Positions 9,082-17,541 of a stretch of DNA of 42,951 nucleotides are shown here, one piece after another. The stretch is taken from the NCBI GenBank assembly GCA_025450175.1, contig JANWHY010000011.1, positions 1 through 42,951 on the forward strand, written 5' to 3'. This DNA comes from Minisyncoccota bacterium. GTDB taxonomy: Bacteria > Patescibacteriota > Minisyncoccia > Phycocordibacterales > Zambryskibacteraceae. Within the stretch, counting starts at the first letter, position 1. Each line of letters opens with the position of its first letter. The notes under the pieces are model-generated. The model worked only from the letters and a program-made list of their open reading frames with translations. It had not been told where the DNA came from and did no database searches. Both the position numbers and the translations under genes were made by a program.

Positions 9082-10326
9082 TTATATAGGTAAGTTGGCG
9101 GGAGCGTCGGCCTTCTTGGAAGAGACGCGAGTGAGAGTGGGAGTAGTAGCAGCCTTGCCGGGGATGTGGAAGAGAGTCGCCACTTCTTCTGTAGAAAGTA
9201 CGTAAGGTTCGCCGAACAAGTGTTTGAAGGGCACATCGAAGAAGGACCGCCTCTTAAAGGACTCTACGAACTCCGTGAGCCTCCTCTTCTTCACTATGTC
9301 GTGGAAGTCCTGCCAAGGATGCGTGGTGCTAAAGAATTCTGGCTTGATGCCATTAAGATTTTTAGAAGCGAACTGACGGGTACTGCCTATGATACCCATA
9401 CCACGCGTCCTTTCGTAGTTGTCTTGAGGAGCAGTATAGAAGAAGCGCACCATAGAGTCGAAGGCGAGCTTACCAGAATTGCGTTGCATGGCTTTGATAG
9501 TGTTTTGCTGTTCGTCAGTGAGACCGAGCATCGAGGGTTGCCTATCCTTCTCAGGTTTTATGAGTTGTTCTGTCTCAATAATCTTTTTGATATCCTCTTT
9601 AATCTTCCCGGTCCAATCCTTCTTAGGTCTAAGTCTTCCGTACAAATAGTTCTCGCTGGCATGCGCACGGATCAATATCTGGATCACTCCTATTTCGTGA
9701 GGACCGAATGTGCCTAGATATTCGAGTACCGGAGTAAGAGGGTCCACAATCTCTTCTGGGACATCACCCCTCTGTTTATCTAACTCGTATTCAATATAAG
9801 TCTTGATGGGATATGAGTCACCCTTCACGAGCGAAGTTGTAACACCCCAGACATAAGTCTCTCCATAACGGTAATGTATATCTCGAGCATAGTCCTCCAC
9901 TTCGCGAACCTCCGCTCCCGGGAATTGCCCATAGATCCTCGTCTCGATAATCTTCTTCCACCTGGGGAAGGCCCAGATGAAGAACCGCACCTCACCACCT
10001 ATGGCCACGATCTCGAGTGAGAACCACTCTCGGAGCTTACCTGTCCAGAAGGCATCTTCGGGAGTAGATATATTAGCGTTCTCCCAAATACCTTCGAGGA
10101 CAAACTCCATAGCCGCTGGCGACTTGGGTTGGTCTTGAGGTAACTTGATCTCTAAGAGGATACTTCCCTGCTCCTTGATCCAAGAACGGCGCACATAAGA
10201 GAGCCAGGTATGCCACCATGTCCAGATGAAAAGACCTGGCACCCACACCGGCCATAATAGAAAAATATAATGCAATACGGAAAAGTAAAAATCCTTACTT
10301 AGGAGAGTATCTAAGCTTTCAAACAT
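9082..10326 (-). CDS. Membrane-anchored conserved hypothetical protein (CPR-type)
   Basis: 414-aa ORF with an N-terminal TM and LLEIKLP, WFSLEI, YPIKTY, LSTEEVATLFHIP, PANLP motifs. Function unknown. Confidence 0.7.
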   Translation of the reverse strand: MFESLDTLLSKDFYFSVLHYIFLLWPVWVPGLFIWTWWHTWLSYVRRSWIKEQGSILLEIKLPQDQPKSPAAMEFVLEGIWENANISTPEDAFWTGKLREWFSLEIVAIGGEVRFFIWAFPRWKKIIETRIYGQFPGAEVREVEDYARDIHYRYGETYVWGVTTSLVKGDSYPIKTYIEYELDKQRGDVPEEIVDPLTPVLEYLGTFGPHEIGVIQILIRAHASENYLYGRLRPKKDWTGKIKEDIKKIIETEQLIKPEKDRQPSMLGLTDEQQNTIKAMQRNSGKLAFDSMVRFFYTAPQDNYERTRGMGIIGSTRQFASKNLNGIKPEFFSTTHPWQDFHDIVKKRRLTEFVESFKRRSFFDVPFKHLFGEPYVLSTEEVATLFHIPGKAATTPTLTRVSSKKADAPANLPI

Positions 10327-10346
10327 TATTTTATTTTACCCCACCC

Positions 10347-11384
10347 TTAAGCGTTATGGTAGCGATTCTCTCTATCCTTGCGGAAGTATTTGGAGTTCTG
10401 GAGATTGACCAGGATAGTGTTCTCCTTGACATAGCGCTCCTTGAGCACCTTGCTGATGATCTTCTCCTTGGAGAGAGGGCCCTCCTTCTCTAGGATCTTC
10501 TTGATAACATCTTTCACAACCCCAGACATGTAACCCCATTCGGCGAGAGCATAGAGTCCTCGACCTACGAGGACGAAACGCGGGTCCTTGATAAGCTCGT
10601 TGTGAGTAGTAGCCACATGAGCCTTCTTATTGAAATAGGTATTGATAGCCTTAGCTACCTCCTTGAAGTGGATAGGAGAACCGTGCTTCCTTATGACCAA
10701 GAAGGCATAATCTCTCATACCCTTAGCATTAACATTGGGCGAAGAACTCTTACCCCACTCCCCTAATGGGTTCTTGCCGATCTTCTGGGAGATCGAGAGC
10801 CAGCGCTTGATCACCTCCTCATTTTTATACTTCTCGTTAAGATCTTTGACCTCATCGAGGAAGGAAGCGATGATGTCGCTCTCAAATACTAGCTCATCGT
10901 CAGAGAGCTTGGAGTATAACTTCCTTAAGGTGCCTTTAATCTTAGTGGCGAGCTGTGGATCGACATGCCAATGATGCTTGAACTCTTCGTCCTCCTTCTC
11001 ACGCTCGAAGGCTTCTCCAATAGTGAGGAGGAAGTGGAAGTGGTTCTGAGTATTAATATCTTTGCTGAAGTGACCTAAAAGATCTTTCTCTGCGACGATA
11101 CCACCGAGGGAAAGGATGATCTCCTTAAGCTCAGTGAAGATGGGCTCGGCATCTTTGTAGTTCTTCGACTTACGAATAGTGAGGAGAGAGTGGTTCTCGA
11201 TCTGGCGCACACGCTCACGAGTGATGTTGTACTTCTTACCAATAGCATCTAGGGTCAACTTCTCCGATTTACTGCCCAATCCATAGCGACTAGTGAGAAC
11301 ATCTTGTCCCCGCTTATTGAGGCTCGACAATAGGCGTTTTGTTATCTCTTTAGGTTTGAAGCTGGTGGTTATCTTTTCAGCCAT
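10347..11384 (-). CDS. Sigma-70 region-4 HTH plus C-terminal winged-helix (HARE-HTH-like) protein
   Basis: RYGL...TLDAIGKKYNITRERVRQIE and HNELIKDPRFVLVGRGLYAL. No sigma region 2 is evident. Confidence 0.75.
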   Translation of the reverse strand: MAEKITTSFKPKEITKRLLSSLNKRGQDVLTSRYGLGSKSEKLTLDAIGKKYNITRERVRQIENHSLLTIRKSKNYKDAEPIFTELKEIILSLGGIVAEKDLLGHFSKDINTQNHFHFLLTIGEAFEREKEDEEFKHHWHVDPQLATKIKGTLRKLYSKLSDDELVFESDIIASFLDEVKDLNEKYKNEEVIKRWLSISQKIGKNPLGEWGKSSSPNVNAKGMRDYAFLVIRKHGSPIHFKEVAKAINTYFNKKAHVATTHNELIKDPRFVLVGRGLYALAEWGYMSGVVKDVIKKILEKEGPLSKEKIISKVLKERYVKENTILVNLQNSKYFRKDRENRYHNA

Positions 11385-11439
11385 CTTATTCTATTGTCCT
11401 ATTTCTATCACCCCCTATAGGTAATGTCAAGAGGCCAAG

Positions 11440-13620
11440 TCAAGTGACGATACTTATGACCTTATTGGGTACTACTATCACCTTCTTAGGCTCTTTGTCT
11501 AACCACTTTTTCACCTCTGGTAGTCCTAGAGCAAGGCTTTTTATCTCCTCTTCGCTCTGACCCTTCTCTATCTTGAGCGTGGCTCTTAGCTTGCCGTTGA
11601 CCTGGACAGTCATAACAATCTCATCATCCACGAGTTTACCTTCATCATATGTTGGCCACGACTCAAGATGGATAGAATCTTTGTGTCCAAGCTCCGCCCA
11701 AATCTCTTCTGTAATGTGTGGAGCAAAAGGTGCAAGGAGCTTTAGAAGTGTCTTGTATTCTTCTTGTGAAATTTTCTCTTGCTTTTCAAGATTGTTCGCT
11801 AGAATCATCATACTTGAGATGGCAGTATTGAATCCAAGTTTCTCTATATCATCAGAAACCTTTCTTACAGTCTGGTGTAAAATTGCAGGGATTTCGACAT
11901 TGGAATCCGCAATTTTCTCCTTCAATCTCCAAACTCTCTCAAGGAACCGGCGGGGGCCTGCGAGAGCCTCATCGCTCCACGCAATAGCTTGTTCGAAGGG
12001 GCCCATGAACATTTCATATAGGCGTAGAGTGTCAGCGCCGAACTGATCTACAATCTTGTCTGGATTTATCACATTGCCCTTCGACTTACTCATTTTCTCT
12101 CCGCCTTCCGCCAGAATAATACCGTGAGAAGTACGCTTCTTGTAAGGCTCGCTAGTTGGCACTAACTTGAGATCATATAGAAATTTATTCCAGAATCTCG
12201 AATAGAGTAAGTGGAGTACGGTGTGTTCCATACCGCCGTTGTACCAATCGACTCCCATCCAATATTTTAATTTTTCTTTAGAAGCAAATTCTTTATCATT
12301 TTTGTCATCACAATATCTATAGAAGTACCACGAGGAGCCGGCCCAGTTGGGCATAACATCGGTCTCACGTTTAGCATCACCGCCACAGCTGGGGCACTTC
12401 ACACGGACCCACTCACTAATATTGGCTAGTGGAGACTCGCCATCGGGCCCGGGCTCATACTTCTCAACCACTGGGAGTTCTACTGGTAGATCCTTCTCCG
12501 GTACCGGTACCACTCCACACCCGCCCGAACGACCGTCCGGTCGGGCGGGCTTCTCACAATGTATAACCGGAATAGGCTCCCCCCAATAGCGTTGTCGCGA
12601 AAACACCCAATCCCGAAGTTTGTACTTCACCACCTTCTTTCCAAATTCTTCAAAGTCTGCTTTTTTATAATCTATAACAATTGGCAGATTGTACTTCTCA
12701 GCAAAAACTCTATCTCGTTCATCATCAGCTGGCACTCCCATAATTGCACCCGTGCCGTAATCTGAATAAACATATTCAGCTTCCCAAACAGGAATCTTTT
12801 CTTTCGTTGCCGGATTCGTCACGAACTTCCCAGTGAACTTGTCTTCCTTCCCTGAAACCACCAGAAAAGTTGCCCCACGAATAGTATCTGGTCGAGTGGT
12901 AAAAATTTCTATGTCATCAAACTTTATCAACACACCCTCGCTTCTCCCAATCCAGTTTCTCTGCTCTATCTTCACTCTCTCGGGATAATCAACTTCGTCT
13001 AAATCTTTATCCAACCTGTCTGCATACTTGGTTATAGCAAGCATCCACTGCTCTTTCTCCTTCTCTACCACTTCTGTACCACAACGTTCGCACTTACCAT
13101 CGACCACCTCCTCATTGGCCAAACCAATTTTATCCTTCGGACACCAGTTAATTGGCATCTTGGCCTTATAGGCTAGACCGTTTTCAAGAAATTTTAAAAA
13201 GATCCACTGAGTCCACTTATAATACTTGGGATCTGTAGTATTGGTCTCCCTCGCCCAGTCAAAAGAGATGCCAAGAGACTGGATCTGCTTGCGGAAGGTA
13301 TCTGTATTTTCTTTTGTAACTACACGCGGATCCTTGCCTGTCTTCAAGGCATAGTTTTCTGTCGGGAGACCAAAGGCGTCCCAACCTATTGGGTACAAAA
13401 CATTCTTGCCTTCCATTCGACGCTTGCGCGCAATGATATCGAGACCAATATAGGGACGAGGGTGACCCACATGGAGACCGTCACCAGATGGGTAAGGAAA
13501 TTCTATGAGAGCGTAATACTTCTCCTTCTTAGAATCATCTTCTGCATGATAAATTCCCGACTTCTCCCATTCCTCCTGCCACTTAGATTCTATTTCTTTA
13601 GGGTTATACTCATCAGCCAT
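11440..13620 (-). CDS. leuS: Leucine--tRNA ligase (compact CP1; palindrome insert in a CxxC knuckle)
   Basis: [43 protein letters not shown], KMSKS. Confidence 0.97.
   Translation of the reverse strand: [726 protein letters not shown]
12520..12549 (-). repeat. 30-bp palindromic in-frame element, copy 2 (in leuS)
   Basis: Identical to 1892-1921. Splits HCEK|CGVVP. Confidence 0.95.
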
Positions 13621-13638
13621 AGAGGCTAGTATAACAAA

Positions 13639-14577
13639 CTACCTTACTGGTCTTACAGGATAGAGTTGCGGGTCGATACTTCGAGAGAAGCACTCGTGGC
13701 CGGCTTCATGTTGCCAATTCTCACTTACTCCCTTCACACCCATATCCACTGGCATAGGATAGGCTATAGAGCTACTCCCCAACCCTTCCGAAACTCGATC
13801 GAAGGTGGCGCAGAGTTCGAAGGCCTTAGCAGACTGCCCGATAAGTTTGTACTCATAAGACGCGCTTGTCTTAGGATCACGAGGTAAGGTGAAGCCGGAG
13901 ATAGGATCTGCTATCTGGGAGAGGTTGTCTGGAATACTTCCCTTACTCTGATAATAATTTACAATCTGCCACTGAATATTCTGTAGATCAGAAACTCTTT
14001 GAGAGTCGTAACGACGTTCACGCTGAGAAACTGGTGAGCCAATAACCATAAAGCCGAGAATGATAGAAGCTAGGATAAATACGATAGCGACAATTCTCCA
14101 GATATTTCTCTCCCCTGCCATAATGAGATTCCTAATCTCACGCAGATAGTACAAGAAGATGCCTCCTGCGACGATGATGAGCGTCAGCACCTTGAGTAGG
14201 AAGCCGGTAGTAAGATCTTGACCATCGAGGAACATGTAGATCACAGTGATGAGATCCCCAGCAATCACTCCCCCAGCCACGAATAGGGTGATGTATGAGA
14301 GCCACTTGCGTAGCCAAGATTCACGAAGTCCGGGATCTGCCATATAACTCTTCTGCAAAAGCCACGAGAGGAAGAGAAAGAGTGGGAAGGCTACGATCAG
14401 GGTAGCGACTTGGAAGCTGATCGAAGGGTAGTTGTAATACTGATAGGTAGTAACCTTCGGATAAGCGAAGTTGATCACCTCGAAGAGGAGGGTGATAAGG
14501 GCAATAGCGCTAGCGTAGAAGGTCACGATCACTCCGAGGTTCAAGAAGAAGTCCTTTGCAGTTATTTTTGTATTCAT
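13639..14577 (-). CDS. Multi-TM membrane protein (DUF5671-like) with a pilin-like C-terminal domain
   Basis: About 5 TM segments, then DSQRVSDLQNIQ..YY...G.IP..L...PRDP...YEY...FELCATF. Confidence 0.65.
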   Translation of the reverse strand: MNTKITAKDFFLNLGVIVTFYASAIALITLLFEVINFAYPKVTTYQYYNYPSISFQVATLIVAFPLFLFLSWLLQKSYMADPGLRESWLRKWLSYITLFVAGGVIAGDLITVIYMFLDGQDLTTGFLLKVLTLIIVAGGIFLYYLREIRNLIMAGERNIWRIVAIVFILASIILGFMVIGSPVSQRERRYDSQRVSDLQNIQWQIVNYYQSKGSIPDNLSQIADPISGFTLPRDPKTSASYEYKLIGQSAKAFELCATFDRVSEGLGSSSIAYPMPVDMGVKGVSENWQHEAGHECFSRSIDPQLYPVRPVR

Positions 14578-14622
14578 ATTTGGATTATACCATAAAAATG
14601 AACGCCGCGCAGGTCTACACTC

Positions 14623-15432
14623 TTATATCAAAAACTCTATAACATCTCCATCCTTCACCACATACTCTTTGCCTTCTGTTCTCACCAAGCCCTTCTCGCG
14701 AGCCTTCACCATCGAGCCATTATTTATAAGGTCTTCGTAGGCGACCACTTGAGCACGGATAAACTTATCTTGGAAGTCGGTATGTATAGACTTACCCGCC
14801 TCGGGTGCTGTCGCTCCCCTCTTAGTCGTCCATGCTCGTGACTCATCCTCGCCAGTAGTGAGGAAGGTGATGAGGTTGAGAAGTTTATAAGACTCGGTGA
14901 TGAGTTGGTCTAAGCCAGTACCAAAGATTGGATCTATCTTTACATACGGTCCCGGCACATTGAAATCTAGATTTTCTGCCGCCTCAGACATATTGAGTAC
15001 ATAGAGTGTTGGCTTCTTAATCCCGGCCTTCTCGAGTTCCAGATTAATAATTTCTATATCGAACAAGGGATCCACCTTCTCATGTACATGGATAATATCT
15101 TTATCTTCGAAAATTCTTACCACTTCGATAATTGCATCAACCTCGCGAATGTGAGATAGGAACTTGTTTCCTAAACCCTCCCCTTCTGCTGCACCCTTCA
15201 CCAGTCCAGCAATGTCTACAAACTCCACAACTGCTGGGATAGTCTTCTTCGACTTACTCATCTCCGAGAGTTTAGTAAGTCGCTCATCCGGCACCGGCAC
15301 GATCCCGACGGATGGGTCGATAGTACAGAAAGGATAATTCTCCGCCGGCACCCCCTTCTTTGTAAGCGCGTTAAAGAGTGTCGACTTCCCGACGTTTGGC
15401 AGCCCTACGATGCCAACAGAAAGCTTGGACAT
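14623..15432 (-). CDS. ychF: Ribosome-binding ATPase YchF, internally shortened (269 aa)
   Basis: GLPNVGKST, NYPFCTIDP, DIAGLVKGA, GLGNKFL, ESRAWT, IHTDF, EGKEYVVKDGD. Confidence 0.93.
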   Translation of the reverse strand: MSKLSVGIVGLPNVGKSTLFNALTKKGVPAENYPFCTIDPSVGIVPVPDERLTKLSEMSKSKKTIPAVVEFVDIAGLVKGAAEGEGLGNKFLSHIREVDAIIEVVRIFEDKDIIHVHEKVDPLFDIEIINLELEKAGIKKPTLYVLNMSEAAENLDFNVPGPYVKIDPIFGTGLDQLITESYKLLNLITFLTTGEDESRAWTTKRGATAPEAGKSIHTDFQDKFIRAQVVAYEDLINNGSMVKAREKGLVRTEGKEYVVKDGDVIEFLI

Positions 15433-15474
15433 AAGAATCTAAAATTACCTTATTTTTAAGCATTTTTCTATGGC

Positions 15475-15503
15475 TTGACAAGTCAAATGCTTTATGCTAG
15501 GAT
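15475..15503 (+). promoter_or_regulatory. Sigma-70-type promoter TTGACA-N17-TAGGAT with an extended TG, overlapping the palindrome TTGAC-AA-GTCAA
   Basis: Direct reading of the sequence. A near-duplicate lies at 18724-18752. Confidence 0.7.
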
Positions 15504-15509
15504 AGAAGA

Positions 15510-15882
15510 TAGAGAGAATAGATAGTCCAGCATGCTTATAGACATTTGCATCGCACCGGCGTCGTTGTATCGTCGCCACAGCATGTGATTGTTATAGGCA
15601 CTGGAGACGGCTCAGTTGAAGCCCCTTACGCAGACGTAAATTGGCGTCCGTGCTGGCGCCCGAGAAGTTCTGCGAGCCCAGGGTCTCTCGGCGACGATCG
15701 AGAGTAGACAGAGGTTTGCTTAGCGGAATTTGGCTACGCAGACTATCGGCGACGCACGCGCTTGCCGATAAGAGGAAGTATCTATTCCCTCGTTCTTTTA
15801 GGAAGAAGTCTAAAACAAAGTGCCGACTGCATACAAACAGGCGGACAGTGGGCCTCAGTTCATATACAAACTGAGGCCTTTT
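15510..15882 (+). ncRNA. Candidate structured non-coding RNA (~375 nt) of unrecognised family
   Basis: Lies between a promoter and an intrinsic terminator, has about 10 consecutive hairpins by eye and no convincing ORF. Confidence 0.5.
15851..15882 (+). terminator. Intrinsic terminator
   Basis: ggcctcagtt-catataca-aactgaggcc followed by tttt. Confidence 0.8.
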
Positions 15883-16172
15883 CGTTTGTAAACAAAATAC
15901 TAGTCGCAAAAAATAAAATTTGACTTCTATACAAGCACGTATTCTAGATGAGAAAATTGCTTGTTATCCACTCGATATATCAGAAATGTTTTTATAAAAT
16001 TAGAGCGCTAAAATAACCGCTTTCGCGGTTGTCTTAGCACCCTTATTAGTGTGTCTCGGCTTCTTATGGATTCCAGAGACGCAACCGTCGGCATCTCTAA
16101 TACTAATGATAATGCTACCGAGCGACAAGTAATTGTGGGCATGATCTGTGGACAGGTGTTGGCCTCGAACGA

Positions 16173-16310
16173 ATGGTAAAAACTAAGACCTTCAGGATTG
16201 GCAGAGACCCAGAAAATGGTGAACTCGTGACAATCAAGAAAGCTGAAAGCAACCCAAAGAAATATATCATCGAAAGAATGCCTAAAAAGGGCTATGGTGA
16301 TACAAAATAA
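16173..16310 (+). CDS. Small basic protein (45 aa), below the ORF-track cutoff
   Basis: MVKTKTFRIGRDPENGELVTIKKAESNPKKYIIERMPKKGYGDTK, followed directly by a terminator hairpin. Confidence 0.55.
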   Translation: MVKTKTFRIGRDPENGELVTIKKAESNPKKYIIERMPKKGYGDTK

Positions 16311-16333
16311 TAACGACAATTAATCGTTAGAGA

Positions 16334-16360
16334 AAAATTGCCTTGCTCGGAGGCAATTTT
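16334..16360. terminator. Bidirectional terminator
   Basis: aaaattgcct-tgctcgg-aggcaatttt between convergent genes. Confidence 0.75.
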
Positions 16361-16370
16361 CTTATTTCAT

Positions 16371-17540
16371 TTATCGATTTCCTTTTGCCCGATTGTGGGT
16401 CTTACACAACATCTCACAATTCTTCGCTGAAGTCGCACCACTCTTGCTCCACGCTGATACATGGTCCGCTTCCATTTCGCCAAAACTCCAAATCTTTTCC
16501 TTATTGGCGTCGTGCCCAATAGCACAATGTGAACAGTTTGATTTCTCTTTGGTTTCAGCTTCCTTAGTTTGTTTTTCGTAAACAGCTCTTTTAGTTGGTT
16601 CGTCAAAAATACGAATATTAAGCAATTTTGTATCGTTTTTACCATCCAATATGTACTCAAAGATTCCCTTCTTATCTTTAACAAAAAAGTCCCCGTAGAG
16701 CTTACGCACATCAGCAGATACTTTGGCTGGATTATATTTCTCTTTACGATATTCCTCGTACAATCGTCCCCATTCAAGACCGCGCATTTCGTTTTCTACA
16801 TCGGTAAATATGCTAGATACCCAATCAATGACAGTGTTAAAATACTTTTTCAACTCATCAATATTTTTGTCTTTGCGATGTTTGCTCATGTAATCGCCAA
16901 TATTACCTTTACTTGTCCAATCCAAAGCACATTCCAAAAACTCCTGCCTGTTGGCACTACCAGATACATAAGCGCTCCATTTCTGAATGTTGGCATTTTG
17001 ACTATTACTAAATTCCTCTTTGGCCTTAGTTACGAATGGACCAGAATATACGGCATTCAGTAATTCTTGATTATTGAGCGGGACACCAGCAATATTTATA
17101 GTCTTAAACCATTCTTTTATCTGGCTTTCTGTTCCCTCACATTCGTAAATAAGCAATTTCGCATCCAAAATTTTAGTTTGTTTGTCTTTCGCCATACCAC
17201 CGAAATATTGTTCCATCCCATTCTCGTCTTTGATAGCAAATTTATCGGTGACAAATCGTCCGAGACTCGTTATACGTTGCTGTCCATCTAAAACTTCAAG
17301 GTTGTCAGCAGAAACTTTATTGAAATAGATTAATCCTATTGGGTACCCCTTCAAAACTGATTCAATGACGGCCATTTCTCTTTTGCCACCGTCAGACGCA
17401 TAAATATAGTTTCGCTGATACTCCGGTTGAATAGTGAGCTTGCCAGACAAGCCAAACAAACCCTTACCCTCAAGCTCGTTATAGACAAAGCCGTCGCAAA
17501 TTTCTTTAACAGCGATGCTGGACTTTAGAGTTGTGTTCAT
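16371..17540 (-). CDS. DUF262 (GmrS/ParB-like) plus C-terminal HNH endonuclease; probable restriction component
   Basis: [28 protein letters not shown], then CSHC...EADH..W..G.T...[13 protein letters not shown]. Start set at the ATG at 17540, just after the MTase stop. Confidence 0.85.
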   Translation of the reverse strand: MNTTLKSSIAVKEICDGFVYNELEGKGLFGLSGKLTIQPEYQRNYIYASDGGKREMAVIESVLKGYPIGLIYFNKVSADNLEVLDGQQRITSLGRFVTDKFAIKDENGMEQYFGGMAKDKQTKILDAKLLIYECEGTESQIKEWFKTINIAGVPLNNQELLNAVYSGPFVTKAKEEFSNSQNANIQKWSAYVSGSANRQEFLECALDWTSKGNIGDYMSKHRKDKNIDELKKYFNTVIDWVSSIFTDVENEMRGLEWGRLYEEYRKEKYNPAKVSADVRKLYGDFFVKDKKGIFEYILDGKNDTKLLNIRIFDEPTKRAVYEKQTKEAETKEKSNCSHCAIGHDANKEKIWSFGEMEADHVSAWSKSGATSAKNCEMLCKTHNRAKGNR

Positions 17541-17541
17541 A

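Noticed and set aside
15510-15882. tmRNA, RNase P RNA or SRP RNA
   Set aside because: No tRNA-like ends or CCA, no GAGGAAAGUCC P4 motif and no SRP loop motif were found by eye.
15592-15909. ORFs 15592-15909 (-) and 15641-15874 (+)
   Set aside because: Non-ATG starts, no SD or leaderless signal, Arg/Ser-rich spurious composition, and both overlap the terminator hairpin.
861-15972. DnaA-box-like TTATCCACT at 861-869 (minus) and 15964-15972 (plus) as an origin
   Set aside because: These are single, mismatched, isolated boxes with no cluster and no dnaA nearby.
15948-16130. Possible frameshifted small membrane protein (MRKLL...ALK joined to ITAFAVVLAPLLVCLGFLW)
   Set aside because: It needs an assumed frameshift and has no recognisable homology, so it cannot be supported.
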